Below are positions 33,171 through 44,050 of a stretch of DNA of 64,000 nucleotides, piece after piece. A program made the translations under genes and the position numbers. Under the pieces are notes generated by a model. That model saw only the letters and a program-made list of their open reading frames with translations. It did not search any database and was not told the origin of the DNA. Positions within the stretch are counted from its first letter, which is position 1. Each line of letters opens with the position of its first letter. Source of the stretch: a virus (taxonomy: Duplodnaviria; Heunggongvirae; Uroviricota; Caudoviricetes); the IMG/VR virus record IMGVR_UViG_3300043436_004120, positions 1-64,000 of that record. One strand, written 5' to 3'.

Positions 33171-34559
33171 TTGGATACATCAGCAGTAGTCTTAAATAAA
33201 TTATTAACAGAACGTAACCTAGATATCTGGGCCAAACTCAAGTTAGTGTTTTTAGATCCTGCGTATTCTTCCTTGTATAGCGTGGTAAACAAGTACTATG
33301 AAAAGTACAGCGCTATTCCGTCGTTCGATGAACTCGAACTAACCTTAAGGGAGGGTCCGGCGTCAAAAACACTGGCAACTCTCCGGTTAACCGAGGTACC
33401 AGACGTTTCCGCAGAAGTAGCTTTAGATGCCCTCATCGACCAGTATACTCAGAGCGAAACGGTAAAATTACTAGACAAGTTCGTAGATAAACTGCCACTC
33501 TACGACACAAACGAAATAAAAGAAAACTTAGCGACAATTGCGCTAACAATCGAAGAAAAAACTCATACATCTGAAAAGGTGTTTACAATGGCTGACATGA
33601 TGATGTTTAGCCACCCAGAAGACTTGGAGCGTGAACGTGTTTACCTTGGCCTTAATAATAGCTTTGACAGTGTGCTTGGTGGTGTTGCTCGCCAAGAACT
33701 CATTCTCATTGGGGGTAAACGAGGGTCTGGTAAATCTATTAGTTGTAGCAATCTTTTTATTAATCAATATGAGTCTGGTAACAGTTGTATTTACTTTAGT
33801 ATTGAAATGACTGCCAAAGAGACTATGGAGCGTAACTTGGCTATTTTAGCTAATGTCAATCTCCAGAATCTCAAGCAACACAAATTAACAGACGAAGAAG
33901 TTCTCAGAGTAGTGCGTGCACGAGCAGGAATGTTCGAAAACGCTGACGATACCGTTGGCGAGTTTTTGCGTCATCGTGACCGATTCAAGTTCGAAGAATT
34001 GTTAGTACGAAACTTTCAGTTAAAACCTGATAATCAGATGATTATTGTTGACGACCGTGACTTGACCCTAAGCAGCATCGACTTGCACATTGGCAAAGCC
34101 AAGGCAAAGTTTGGTGACAAGCTAAAAGTTGCGGTAGTTGACTACTTAAACCAGATTGTCTTAGAAGGAAACGAGCAATATGATTGGAAGCCGCAAATTG
34201 AAGTCAGCAAAAAGCTCAAAAATCTTGCCCGTAAGTACGAGATTGTTATGGTTAGTCCATATCAAATCGACAAAGACGGGGAAGCTCGTTTTGCAAAAGG
34301 TATTCTTGACGCCGCAGATATTGCCCTTACAATGGAAGCACATGATAAGGAAACCAATGCAGTCAGCTTTGAAACTACCAAGATTCGTGGAGGTAAGGAA
34401 ATGGCGTTTACATGCCCAATTGACTGGGATACCTTACGTATCTCGCCACAAAGTGTGGACAAGCCTGCTGCTAAAGAAGCGGTTAAGCGAGTGAAAAAAG
34501 ACAAAGAAGAAACTGTAGCCGTTAATGATTCAGGTGCAGATTTACCTTGGAACGCATAA
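33171..34559 (+). CDS. DnaB-like replicative DNA helicase
   Basis: 462 aa; Walker A GGKRGSGKS, RecA-like C-terminal domain with Walker B (IIVDD), helical N-terminal domain. Confidence 0.7.
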   Translation: MDTSAVVLNKLLTERNLDIWAKLKLVFLDPAYSSLYSVVNKYYEKYSAIPSFDELELTLREGPASKTLATLRLTEVPDVSAEVALDALIDQYTQSETVKLLDKFVDKLPLYDTNEIKENLATIALTIEEKTHTSEKVFTMADMMMFSHPEDLERERVYLGLNNSFDSVLGGVARQELILIGGKRGSGKSISCSNLFINQYESGNSCIYFSIEMTAKETMERNLAILANVNLQNLKQHKLTDEEVLRVVRARAGMFENADDTVGEFLRHRDRFKFEELLVRNFQLKPDNQMIIVDDRDLTLSSIDLHIGKAKAKFGDKLKVAVVDYLNQIVLEGNEQYDWKPQIEVSKKLKNLARKYEIVMVSPYQIDKDGEARFAKGILDAADIALTMEAHDKETNAVSFETTKIRGGKEMAFTCPIDWDTLRISPQSVDKPAAKEAVKRVKKDKEETVAVNDSGADLPWNA

Positions 34560-34750
34560 TGCACACATCAGAAGAAATAATGGAAATACTTGGCGAAGAA
34601 GACGTGGCTATGATAAGTCATGACTTTTGGATAAAGTACCACAACCGAATAGTGCCGGGCAAACCCATATCAACATCGGCTTACGCACAGCTACTAGCCT
34701 ATCAAAACGGCTGGTTAGCTTGTAAGAACTTTTACAAGATCAGAGACTAA
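34547..34750 (+). CDS. hypothetical protein
   Basis: 67 aa ORF overlapping the helicase stop. Confidence 0.35.
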   Translation: MERIMHTSEEIMEILGEEDVAMISHDFWIKYHNRIVPGKPISTSAYAQLLAYQNGWLACKNFYKIRD

Positions 34751-34751
34751 T

Positions 34752-35606
34752 ATGAGCGACCCAGTACTAGAACTAATTCAAAAGAATGGGTTGGGATACC
34801 AAGTTTCGGGTCGCGACTACTTGATCAAGTGCTTAAACCCAGAACATCCTGACTCAAACCCCAGCTTTCGAGTTGACCGTGTAAGTGGGGTTGCACACTG
34901 TTTTGCGTGTGGATTTAAAACCAATCTATTCAAGTTTTATGGGGTTTTTACCAACCCTATTCCAGTAAAGATTGCAGCACTCAAAGAAAAGCTGGCTGTG
35001 TTAAAATCTTTTGGACGAGAGCTAGACTTGCCACAAGGTTATACTCCTTGGACAAAAATGTTTCGTGGAGTAAGTCCTGCAACACTCAAGCACTTTGGTG
35101 CTTTTTATACCAATCAAGTAGAAAAACTACAAGATCGTATCATATTTCCTGTTAAAGATATTACACAAAAAACAGTGGTATTTGTGGGCCGTCACACTAT
35201 GAGTGCTGGCAATCCCAGGTATGTTAACTACCCACAAGGTGTAACAATGCCACTGTTTCCAGCACACTTACCCAGTGGGTATTCTAGCATGGTACTGGTG
35301 GAAGGCATATTCGATATGCTTAACTTATACGACAACGGTTGTGAAAACGCAGTATGCGCTTTTGGTACTAAAACACTTCAAAATGACACAAAACAAAAAC
35401 TACTCCCTTTCCGAGCACAAGGTATCACGCACATCTACTTGCTTTTTGACGGGGACGAGGCAGGTAGCAGTGCAGCAAAAGCACTCAAGCCAGTGCTTGA
35501 AGCCGAAGGCTTTGTTGTTGAAATCATCGAACTACCAGACGGCACAGACCCCGGAGATTTAGATGCTGAAAATGTGCGTAGTATTGCAGAGTATGTAAAT
35601 AAATGA
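34752..35606 (+). CDS. DNA primase (zinc-binding domain + TOPRIM)
   Basis: C-x2-H..C-x2-C zinc-binding motif (CLNPEHPDSNPSF...CFACGF); TOPRIM EGIFD...FDGDEAG. Confidence 0.75.
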   Translation: MSDPVLELIQKNGLGYQVSGRDYLIKCLNPEHPDSNPSFRVDRVSGVAHCFACGFKTNLFKFYGVFTNPIPVKIAALKEKLAVLKSFGRELDLPQGYTPWTKMFRGVSPATLKHFGAFYTNQVEKLQDRIIFPVKDITQKTVVFVGRHTMSAGNPRYVNYPQGVTMPLFPAHLPSGYSSMVLVEGIFDMLNLYDNGCENAVCAFGTKTLQNDTKQKLLPFRAQGITHIYLLFDGDEAGSSAAKALKPVLEAEGFVVEIIELPDGTDPGDLDAENVRSIAEYVNK

Positions 35607-35770
35607 GCACAAAAGAACAATATTTAAATTCACTGCCAACCGACCGCATTAAACTATTGCGGGACGAGTGGAAAGAAATATGGCTACAACGCCCACACTA
35701 CTGGATAGCTGAAGTAGAATACAAACTGCTAGACCGTATTGCTGCAGCCAGAGAACAAAAACAAACTTGA
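35603..35770 (+). CDS. small hypothetical protein (55 aa; not in the track)
   Basis: ATGA-coupled to the primase stop. Confidence 0.3.
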   Translation: MSTKEQYLNSLPTDRIKLLRDEWKEIWLQRPHYWIAEVEYKLLDRIAAAREQKQT

Positions 35771-35817
35771 ACTATTAGCCCAGATACGCTATAATAAAGT
35801 ATCACAAGGATTATTAC

Positions 35818-38115
35818 ATGAAAATTGCGTTAATTGACAAAGCACCTAACCGCACACGGTACTCAGACTACTTTGAGTTTGAGTTCGACCACTATCACAT
35901 GAGTTCAGTACCAGTTACAAAACTACTGAAAAAAGATGTGGACTTGGTGGTTGACTTGGAACCTTATGACTTTGTTATCTTAGTAGGTGCAGAAGCCGCC
36001 AAAGAATATGCAAAGATTACATCGGTAACAAACATGGCAGGCCAGCTAGTAGACGATAAATTTATCGCTATTAGTAATCCTGCTATGTTGGCGTTTAAGC
36101 CAGAAGGCAAGCCTGACTTTCAGCGTGCTTGCGATAAAATTCACAAGTATGTGCGTGGCGAACTAAAAGCCGCCAAAGTGGTTGGTGACTATGCAGGTAT
36201 TCAAGATACTGCGGAGGCCAAGCGTTACTTGCGTGAAATCTTAGACAATGCCCAAGGCTATGTTGCTTGGGACACGGAAACAACTGCACTCTACCCTCGT
36301 GATGGTTATGTGCTGGGACTTTCGCTAACATATAAAACTCATCAAGGCCGGTACATTGAAACTGACTGTTTAGACGAGTTGTGTATTGAACTGCTGCAAA
36401 AAATTGCCAACACATTCCATCCAGTGTTTCACAACATGAAGTTTGACTTTAAGATGATTAAATATCACTTAGGTCTAGACTTTCCTCGTGATCGTGTACA
36501 CGACACAATGGTAATGCACTATGTACTAGACGAAACTGATAGCCATGGTTTGAAACCATTGGCCCTAAAGTACACCGACTACGGCGACTACGACACACCA
36601 CTAGATGAATTTAAAAAGGCATACTGCGCTCAGCATGGTATGTTGCAAGAAGATTTTACCTATGACCTTATTCCGTTTGAAACAATTGCTCAATACGCTA
36701 GTATTGACACTGCGGTTACATTTGACTTGTTCCATAAGTTCTGGCCTATTGTTCAAGCGAACGCCAAGCTACGCAAGGTTTATGAAGAAATCCTGATTCC
36801 GGGCACACTGTTCTTAATGGACATGGAAGAAGTTGGTATTCCAGTTAGCCGTGAGCGTATGGCAGCTGCTGAAAAGTACCTGGACTATGAGATCGAAGAA
36901 GCTAAAAAACTAGTTTATAGCTTTGATGCGGTAAAACAGTATGAAAAAGATTCCGGAAAGATATTTAACCCCAACTCAGTTATGCAGCTTCGTGTTGTGT
37001 TATTTGATTATTTGGGACTCAATCCTACTGGTAAAAAGACTGCTACCGGAGCCGTCTCCACCGATGCAGAAGTGCTCGGTGAGTTGTCCGAAGAGCATGC
37101 ATTGCCAGCGGCGATTTTAAAGGTACGACAACTTGGAAAAATCCAAAACACCTATATTTCAAAGATTTTACCGGAAATTGACCGCGATGGTCGTATTCGT
37201 ACAAATTTTAATCTTATCTTTACTACTAGCGGTCGCCTGTCTAGTAGTGGCAAGTTCAACGCTCAGCAAATACCTAGGGACAATCCTATTATCAAAGGTT
37301 GCTTACAGGCTCCAGCTGGCTATAAGATTGTATCGCAAGACTTGACAACAGCTGAAATGTATTATGCTGCTGTGTTGTCAGGCGACAAGAACCTACAAAA
37401 GGTGTTTAGCAGTGGCGGCGACTTTCACTCAACAATTGCTAAAATGGTGTTTTCACTGCCATGTCCAGTTGAAGAAGTTAAAAAGCTGTATGGCTCAATG
37501 CGTCAAAGTGCTAAGGCTATTAGCTTTGGTATCCTATACGGTTCAGGAGCTAACAAAGTTGCTGATACAGTTACCAAAGGCTTACCAGAAGGCGAAAGCT
37601 ATCCAGTTGAGCAAGCCCGTGACGATATCAAAGCATACTTTACAAAGTTCAGCAAACTAAAACAGTGGTTAAATGACAGAAAACAATTTATTGAGCAAAA
37701 CGGATACACTTACTCCTTTTTCGGCCGCAAACGCAGACTACCTAATGTGTTTAGCTCAGATAAAGGCATTGCAGCTCACGAAGTCCGTAGTGGAATCAAC
37801 GCAGAAGTACAAAGTCTCGCCAGTGACGTTAACTTACTTGGCGCTATGCGAACAGCAAATGAGATTTCAGCAAAAGGCTTAGACGCTAAAATCTTTATGT
37901 TGGTTCATGACTCGATTGTTGCGCTTGTAAAAGACGAAGATGTGGTGGAATACTGCGAGATCCTAAAGCGTAACACTCAGCACGAATGGGGTTGTGAGAT
38001 TCCTGGCACACCCATTGGTGTTGACCAAGATGTGGGCGATGACTACAGTTTTGGAGACTGGGAAAAGTTCTATGAATTTACAGGAAATAACCTGGCCCGT
38101 GTTCAAGCTGGGTGA
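35818..38115 (+). CDS. polA: family A DNA polymerase (Pol I-like, 3'-5' exonuclease + polymerase domains)
   Basis: 765 aa; exonuclease motifs (WDTETT...), motif A (KIVSQDLTTAEMYYAA), motif B (RQSAKAISFGILYGSG), motif C (LVHDSIV). Confidence 0.9.
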   Translation: MKIALIDKAPNRTRYSDYFEFEFDHYHMSSVPVTKLLKKDVDLVVDLEPYDFVILVGAEAAKEYAKITSVTNMAGQLVDDKFIAISNPAMLAFKPEGKPDFQRACDKIHKYVRGELKAAKVVGDYAGIQDTAEAKRYLREILDNAQGYVAWDTETTALYPRDGYVLGLSLTYKTHQGRYIETDCLDELCIELLQKIANTFHPVFHNMKFDFKMIKYHLGLDFPRDRVHDTMVMHYVLDETDSHGLKPLALKYTDYGDYDTPLDEFKKAYCAQHGMLQEDFTYDLIPFETIAQYASIDTAVTFDLFHKFWPIVQANAKLRKVYEEILIPGTLFLMDMEEVGIPVSRERMAAAEKYLDYEIEEAKKLVYSFDAVKQYEKDSGKIFNPNSVMQLRVVLFDYLGLNPTGKKTATGAVSTDAEVLGELSEEHALPAAILKVRQLGKIQNTYISKILPEIDRDGRIRTNFNLIFTTSGRLSSSGKFNAQQIPRDNPIIKGCLQAPAGYKIVSQDLTTAEMYYAAVLSGDKNLQKVFSSGGDFHSTIAKMVFSLPCPVEEVKKLYGSMRQSAKAISFGILYGSGANKVADTVTKGLPEGESYPVEQARDDIKAYFTKFSKLKQWLNDRKQFIEQNGYTYSFFGRKRRLPNVFSSDKGIAAHEVRSGINAEVQSLASDVNLLGAMRTANEISAKGLDAKIFMLVHDSIVALVKDEDVVEYCEILKRNTQHEWGCEIPGTPIGVDQDVGDDYSFGDWEKFYEFTGNNLARVQAG

Positions 38116-38602
38116 GCGTGAACCGCAGCAGCGTGATGGTGTCACATACTATATAGTTAACTATGTTGACGAACAAAACCAACCTGCTGTAAGCTTTAAA
38201 GTAGTAGATGACAAAACTGTGCCGGGTGCAACACTGGGTTTACGCCGACTACACCTAAAATCGCAGGGCGAAAAGCTGTTTGCAATTCGCACTGCGGTTT
38301 ATTTTTTAGCAGACTTGGTTAAGTTGGCAAAATCAAAGACTTGGTTTGTGGATAGTAGTGGTCACACATTTCAGTACAGAAAAACCATACGCGCCAAACT
38401 GACTACAAAGAAGATAAAACAAGTTTTACCTGCGGATGGTCTAGGGTGTGTTGTTGAATTGGTTGGCATTAGCAGCAGATTTAAATGTATGCGACACCCT
38501 GATGAGTTTGAAAGCTATGCCAGAGTACTACAACACGGCATGGGATTTATTTTTTACGGCTTTTGCGAAACACACGAGCCAGATAGTTGGAGAATGGTCT
38601 AG
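38072..38602 (+). CDS. hypothetical protein
   Basis: Internal Met of track ORF 37994..38602; overlaps the polymerase stop by ~44 nt. Confidence 0.4.
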   Translation: MNLQEITWPVFKLGEREPQQRDGVTYYIVNYVDEQNQPAVSFKVVDDKTVPGATLGLRRLHLKSQGEKLFAIRTAVYFLADLVKLAKSKTWFVDSSGHTFQYRKTIRAKLTTKKIKQVLPADGLGCVVELVGISSRFKCMRHPDEFESYARVLQHGMGFIFYGFCETHEPDSWRMV

Positions 38603-39897
38603 TGCCTAAAGCTGTAATATCAAACCGTATTTACATGGATAATCCTGGTGTGGAACATACCAAAAAGATTATTAGTGCACTTACGTACAAAATCAAAAAA
38701 GACACTGGTGCTAAAAAGTTTAGTCCCATAGAAACTATCAAAAACTACAAAGTATTGCCCAAAGGTATCTTGTCAATTCCACAAGGCAGGCTAGACCTAG
38801 TGCCTGAAGATTATGAAATCATTGATAAACGAGTGCTTGAGGATGTGCCTTTCCCGACACCTAAATTTGGTTTACGGCCCGAACAGCAAGTGGTTTATGA
38901 CCCAATCGACGACACGTGCTTTATCAATGCCCTTGTGGGATGGGGAAAAACTTTTACAGCCTTACACCTTGCACACAAGTTCGGACAAAAAACTCTTGTT
39001 ATCACCCACACAGCAGCCCTACGAGACCAGTGGTGCGAAGAAGTCGAAGTGTTATTCGGGACGCAACCCGGAGTTATTGGTGGTGGACGAATTGACTACG
39101 CCGACCACTTTATCACGGTCGCCAACATACAAACCCTTACTAAGCATGCTGGTGATTTGGCTAAGGAGTTTGGGTGTATTATCTTGGACGAGGCGCACCA
39201 CTGTCCTGCCACTACATTTGCACAAACAGTGGACGCTTTCCATGCCAGATACCGCATTGCCCTATCGGGTACAATGATTCGCAAAGACGGCAAGCACATT
39301 TTATTCGGCGATTACTTTGGACCACTAGTCTATAAACCACCACAGTCACATACTCTAACACCCACAGTGCATATTGTTAAGTCGGGGATTACACTTAAAC
39401 CTGGTGTACCTTGGGTTGAAAAAGTGTCAGAACTACTAGAATCAGAAAAGTATCGTGAGTTTATTGCTGATCTAGCGCAAATGCACATTAATAATGGCCA
39501 CAGTGTACTGGTTATTGCAGACAGAGTAGAGTTTCTACACAAAGTAAAGGAATACATTGGTGAAGATTGCGCGGTTGTTACAGGCGACACCGAATACGAA
39601 GAACGACAGCTTGTTAAGCAGCAAATCTTGTCTGGAGAAAAACGTGCTATCGCCGGTTCCCGGCAAATTTTTTCAGAAGGCATTTCTATTAACAGCTTAT
39701 CCTGCGTTATCTTAGCTGCTCCAATGAGCAACGACTCACTACTAGAACAAATTGTGGGTCGAGTACAGCGTATGCACGACGGCAAACTAGACCCACTAGT
39801 AGTAGATATCAACTTTGCTGGTTATGCGGATAAAAAACAAAACAACGACAGGCTTGCGCTTTACTTACGCAAAGGCTGGCAGGTAATAACGGTATGA
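38587..39897 (+). CDS. SF2 DEAD/DEAH-box helicase (UvsW/RAD25-like)
   Basis: Walker A GWGKTFTALHL, DEAH box ILDEAHHC, helicase C-terminal motifs (RAIAGSRQIFSEGISI, QIVGRVQR). Confidence 0.7.
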   Translation: MENGLVPKAVISNRIYMDNPGVEHTKKIISALTYKIKKDTGAKKFSPIETIKNYKVLPKGILSIPQGRLDLVPEDYEIIDKRVLEDVPFPTPKFGLRPEQQVVYDPIDDTCFINALVGWGKTFTALHLAHKFGQKTLVITHTAALRDQWCEEVEVLFGTQPGVIGGGRIDYADHFITVANIQTLTKHAGDLAKEFGCIILDEAHHCPATTFAQTVDAFHARYRIALSGTMIRKDGKHILFGDYFGPLVYKPPQSHTLTPTVHIVKSGITLKPGVPWVEKVSELLESEKYREFIADLAQMHINNGHSVLVIADRVEFLHKVKEYIGEDCAVVTGDTEYEERQLVKQQILSGEKRAIAGSRQIFSEGISINSLSCVILAAPMSNDSLLEQIVGRVQRMHDGKLDPLVVDINFAGYADKKQNNDRLALYLRKGWQVITV

Positions 39898-39956
39898 CAA
39901 ATTTACACTTGCCAAGCGTTGGTCAATGTAGTATAATATAGTCTTAGCAACACATT

Positions 39957-40331
39957 ATGGCCCTATTCTTCAACTTAGAACTACTGGAGTCTGAAACCAA
40001 CTGTGACCCTAAATTAATGCTTTTAATGTTGGAACGGCATTCCGGCAAAAAACTAATACCGAAAAACCATCGCGACACAAATAATTACCGCAACATTGTC
40101 GGACACAGTTTTTTACTAGATGCCGCTTCACTTTTCAACGACTCATCGGATATAGCTTTTAAAGCACAATATATTCGATTAGCAGGCCGGAGGGATTATA
40201 GCTTATACAAATTGTACAAAGTTACTTACCTAGACTTAAGTTATTTCAAAGACCTAGACTTAAACGCACTTGCATTAAATCCCCTGCTCCAAATAAAACA
40301 AAACAAAATATATTTCAAATACGAGAACTAA
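39957..40331 (+). CDS. hypothetical protein
   Basis: 124 aa; downstream of a TTGCCA..TATAATATAGTC promoter. Confidence 0.4.
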   Translation: MALFFNLELLESETNCDPKLMLLMLERHSGKKLIPKNHRDTNNYRNIVGHSFLLDAASLFNDSSDIAFKAQYIRLAGRRDYSLYKLYKVTYLDLSYFKDLDLNALALNPLLQIKQNKIYFKYEN

Positions 40332-40334
40332 CAC

Positions 40335-40976
40335 ATGGCAATTTCATTTAAAAACACCAAAGGCAAAGCTATTTCCAACAAAGTTGAGGCTTTTGAGTAC
40401 AAAGACGGCGAAAACACAGTACGGTTGATTGGTGGCGTATTGCCCCGTTATATCTACTGGTTGAAGGGTGCAAACAACAAAGACATTCCAGTTGAGTGCT
40501 TGGCTTTTAGCCGTGACAAAGAAAAATTCGACAACATCGAAAAAGATCACGTTCCACAATTCTTTCCAGACTTGAAGTGCAGCTGGTCATACACAGTTAA
40601 CTGTATTGACCCCAAAGACGGCAAAGTCAAAGCACTAAACTTGAAAAAGAAACTGTTTGAGCAAATTGTGAGCGCAGCCGAAGACCTGGGCGACCCAACT
40701 GATCCAGACACTGGCTGGGACGTTGTTTTCAAGCGTACTAAAACAGGCCCACTAGCTTTTAACATCAGCTATGACCTCTCAGTGTTGCGTTGCAAGCCAC
40801 GTAAATTAACTGATGCCGAGCGTGCTGTTGCTGCCGAAGCCAAGTCCATTGACGAAAAGTACCCACGTCCAACAGAAGCCGAAGTGCTTGCCCTCTTGGA
40901 AAAGATTACTACTAACACTGAAGACAGCGAAAGCGGCGATGAAGCTGCACAAGAAGCTGTTAAAGAACTAGGTTAA
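40335..40976 (+). CDS. putative ssDNA-binding protein (acidic C-terminal tail)
   Basis: 213 aa with an acidic C-terminus (EDSESGDEAAQEAVKELG), positioned among replication genes; assignment is tentative. Confidence 0.3.
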   Translation: MAISFKNTKGKAISNKVEAFEYKDGENTVRLIGGVLPRYIYWLKGANNKDIPVECLAFSRDKEKFDNIEKDHVPQFFPDLKCSWSYTVNCIDPKDGKVKALNLKKKLFEQIVSAAEDLGDPTDPDTGWDVVFKRTKTGPLAFNISYDLSVLRCKPRKLTDAERAVAAEAKSIDEKYPRPTEAEVLALLEKITTNTEDSESGDEAAQEAVKELG

Positions 40977-40984
40977 ACACACAT

Positions 40985-41018
40985 AGCCCGTTAGATCTAA
41001 AAGGTTTAACGGGCTTTC
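40985..41018 (+). terminator. stem-loop terminator
   Basis: AGCCCGTTA-...-TAACGGGCT followed by TTCTT. Confidence 0.5.
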
Positions 41019-41032
41019 TTATCTTATACATA

Positions 41033-41989
41033 ATGAAAATACTTTTTACAGCGGATGTGCACATTAAACTAGGTCAAAAAAACGTTCCGCTAGACTGGGC
41101 TAAAAATCGTTTTAGGATGTTTATTGAACAATTTCGTGAAATGCAGTCCAGTGCAGACTTGGTAGTAATAGGTGGTGATGTTTTTGACCGATTGCCAACA
41201 ATGGACGAAGTAGAGCTTTATTTTGACTTTGTGGAATCATTTATCAAGCCCACATTAATCTACCCAGGTAATCACGAAATGTTAAAGAAAGACACCACTT
41301 TCTTAACACACTTAAAAAAGTCTACGCACCGTTTAAATCCACTGGTAAGTGTTGTTGACGATTACTACGAAAACTGTGGTTTTAACATAGACATTATTCC
41401 TTACAACAAGCTCAAAGACTTTGAAAAGCATGGTCGTCAATTCAGTGGCCGAATTCTTTGCACACACGTTCGTGGTGAGATTCCTCCACACGTTAAACCA
41501 GAACTTGATTTGGAGTTATTCGATCGCTGGGACATAGTACTAGCAGGAGACTTGCACAGTTATGAAAACTCTCAAAGAAATATTTTATATCCTGGTAGTC
41601 CTTATACTACTAGTTTCCATCGTTCCAGGGTTGATACCGGTGCTATTATGCTTGATGCTGATAGCTTGGAACATACGTGGCTTAAATTCAACTTGCCGCA
41701 ACTCATTAAACGAACAATCGCCGCTGACGAGACGCCGGTTTCTACAGACTTTGACCACACCGTGTACGAAGTCCAAGGGGACATGCAAGAACTCGGAGAA
41801 CTAGCCGATTCGGAGCTTATTGCTTCAAAGGTTATCAAGCGCGATAGTGATAGTGCACTAATGCTTGACCCTGAAATGTCGCTGGACGCAGAAGTGCGCG
41901 AATATTTAACTTATATTTTAGAACTACCAGAACCCACAGTAGACAAGGTTCTCAAGGAGATGCAAAATCATGCAGAAAAACTTACCTAA
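41033..41989 (+). CDS. sbcD: SbcD/Mre11-like nuclease (metallophosphoesterase)
   Basis: DVHIKLG, GGDVFD, GNHE and H.H motifs in order; precedes an SbcC-like ATPase. Confidence 0.7.
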   Translation: MKILFTADVHIKLGQKNVPLDWAKNRFRMFIEQFREMQSSADLVVIGGDVFDRLPTMDEVELYFDFVESFIKPTLIYPGNHEMLKKDTTFLTHLKKSTHRLNPLVSVVDDYYENCGFNIDIIPYNKLKDFEKHGRQFSGRILCTHVRGEIPPHVKPELDLELFDRWDIVLAGDLHSYENSQRNILYPGSPYTTSFHRSRVDTGAIMLDADSLEHTWLKFNLPQLIKRTIAADETPVSTDFDHTVYEVQGDMQELGELADSELIASKVIKRDSDSALMLDPEMSLDAEVREYLTYILELPEPTVDKVLKEMQNHAEKLT

Positions 41990-42242
41990 ATCAGCACAAG
42001 TGTGGTCACAAAGTAACTGTCCAGCTTGTGTGGAAGCCAAGCGACTACTAGACATGCATGGTATTCAAATTGAGGAGCGTATGTTAGGCATTAACGGCTA
42101 CACCAAAAAAGAACTAATTGAAGTAGTTCCTCACGCTCGCAGTGTTCCACAAATTTTTGTAGATGGTGAGTACGTGGGTGGATTGCAAGAACTAAAACGA
42201 AAACTCGCAAATGATAACAATAAAAACACTAACATGGTCTAA
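41970..42242 (+). CDS. glutaredoxin / NrdH-like redoxin
   Basis: CPACVEAKRLL active site and VPQIFVDGEYVGG glutaredoxin motif. Confidence 0.75.
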   Translation: MQKNLPKSAQVWSQSNCPACVEAKRLLDMHGIQIEERMLGINGYTKKELIEVVPHARSVPQIFVDGEYVGGLQELKRKLANDNNKNTNMV

Positions 42243-44049
42243 TGCTTTTAGTTACGGTGCAGATAATCGCATTGACTTTAGTGCAGCCCAGTTAACTCAA
42301 CTGGTAGGTAAAAATGGGCATGGTAAAAGCTCTATTGCACTTATCTTAGAAGAAGTGCTGTTTAACAAGAACTCAAAGTCAATTAAAAAAGCCGATATTA
42401 TTAATCGCTATGTTGATGATAAACATTATCAAATCTCCTTGGTGTTTGAAAAAGACGGTACAGAATACACAATACATACAAAACGTGGCAATACACAAAC
42501 CGTTAAGCTATTTCGAGGCAGCACTGACATTAGTGCACATACTAGCACCCAAACTTACAAAGCTATTGAAGAAATCTTAGGCTTCGATCACAAAACCTTT
42601 TCTCAGATTGTTTATCAATCAAATGCAGGTAGCTTAGAGTTTTTAACTGCGCCTGACACAGCACGTAAAAAGTTTTTAATTGAAATCCTAAACTTAGGCA
42701 AGTATACTCAAGCACAAGAAGTATTCAAAGAAACTGCACAAGAGCTAAGCAAAGACATTACCAAAGTTCAGGCACAGGTTGCTACTGTGAATAGTTGGTT
42801 AGACAAATACGCAAAGACTGATCTTAATCAAAAACCTCTGCTAACAGTTCCTGTCATTCCAGATGAACTTGTAACTGGCAGTGCTGAGCTAGAAACTCAG
42901 ATTACGGGGCTTGAATCAATTAACAAAAAGATCACTCAAAATAACACTTACCGTCAAGTACAGTCAAAGATTAAACTGTTTCCTATTCCAGAAAAGCCAA
43001 CCACAGACGTTAAGCCCCTGTTAGTTGAAAGTGCGCAGCTAGACAAGCAAGTAGTAGAGTATAGCAAGACTATTCGTGATTCTGAAGCATTTGTTAAAAA
43101 GATTGCTGCATTGCACGGAACGTGCCCAACTTGCTTACAGGAAATTGATGAAAATAAAATTGCTGAGCTAGTTGCTGAACAACAAGCTATTCAGCTATCG
43201 GCACAAAACAGTAACACAGCACTACTAACACGAATCGCTGAACTAGATCAGTTACGTACAGATATTACAAAGCGTACACAGATTTGGGAGCAGGCTAGCA
43301 AGTCTCGTGAAGAGTGGGAGCGCTATCATGCACTTATTGATCCAGAACTTAGTGAAGACTTACTAGACAAAAACGAGTTAGATTCAAAGTTTCAAGCCTT
43401 ACAGGGCGCTATTCGTGAATTAAAATCAGCTATTGCTGAAACCGAAAAACGAAATTTAGCTGCTAGCGCGCACAATGCTCGTGTAGAGTCATTGAGTTCT
43501 CAGATCACGGAAATGAATGCAGAGTTGGAAACATATAGCAACAATTTACATGAGTTGTCTGAACGCATGAGTATTGTTAACGTACTAACAAAAACATTTT
43601 CAACAACTGGACTAGTTGCCTATAAAATCGAGTGCTTGGTAAAAGACCTAGAAGAAATCACCAATACTTATCTTGTAGACTTAAGTGATGGCAGATTTCA
43701 GATTGCGTTCAAAATTTCGGCTAGTGATAAACTAAATGTAGTTATTACTGATAACGGTCGCGATATTGAAATGCTTGCATTAAGTGGTGGCGAACGTGCC
43801 CGTGTAAACGTAGCCACATTGTTGGCAATTCGCAAACTAATGCAGACCCTAAGTTCGAGCAGAATTAACTTATTGATCTTAGATGAAACCGTTGAAGCCT
43901 TGGACACTGACGGTAAAGAGCGTTTAGTAGAAGTTCTACTAGGCGAAGAACACTTAAATACCTTTTTAGTATCACATGGATTTACACACCCCTTACTAGA
44001 AAAGGTAAATGTTGTTAAACACAACAACATATCACAAATAGAGGTATAA
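42211..44049 (+). CDS. sbcC: SbcC/Rad50-like ATPase
   Basis: Walker A GKNGHGKSS, long coiled coil with CPTC zinc hook, signature LSGGE, Walker B LLILDE. Confidence 0.8.
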   Translation: MITIKTLTWSNAFSYGADNRIDFSAAQLTQLVGKNGHGKSSIALILEEVLFNKNSKSIKKADIINRYVDDKHYQISLVFEKDGTEYTIHTKRGNTQTVKLFRGSTDISAHTSTQTYKAIEEILGFDHKTFSQIVYQSNAGSLEFLTAPDTARKKFLIEILNLGKYTQAQEVFKETAQELSKDITKVQAQVATVNSWLDKYAKTDLNQKPLLTVPVIPDELVTGSAELETQITGLESINKKITQNNTYRQVQSKIKLFPIPEKPTTDVKPLLVESAQLDKQVVEYSKTIRDSEAFVKKIAALHGTCPTCLQEIDENKIAELVAEQQAIQLSAQNSNTALLTRIAELDQLRTDITKRTQIWEQASKSREEWERYHALIDPELSEDLLDKNELDSKFQALQGAIRELKSAIAETEKRNLAASAHNARVESLSSQITEMNAELETYSNNLHELSERMSIVNVLTKTFSTTGLVAYKIECLVKDLEEITNTYLVDLSDGRFQIAFKISASDKLNVVITDNGRDIEMLALSGGERARVNVATLLAIRKLMQTLSSSRINLLILDETVEALDTDGKERLVEVLLGEEHLNTFLVSHGFTHPLLEKVNVVKHNNISQIEV

Positions 44050-44050
44050 T

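Noticed and set aside
39052-39812. Minus-strand ORFs (39330..39812, 39096..39299, 39052..39243) antisense to the SF2 helicase; likewise 43698..44030 antisense to sbcC, 45055..45346 antisense to the FEN gene, and 47003..47353 antisense to the reductase
   Set aside because: They are fully embedded antisense to strongly supported conserved-domain genes, with low-complexity translations and no start signals.
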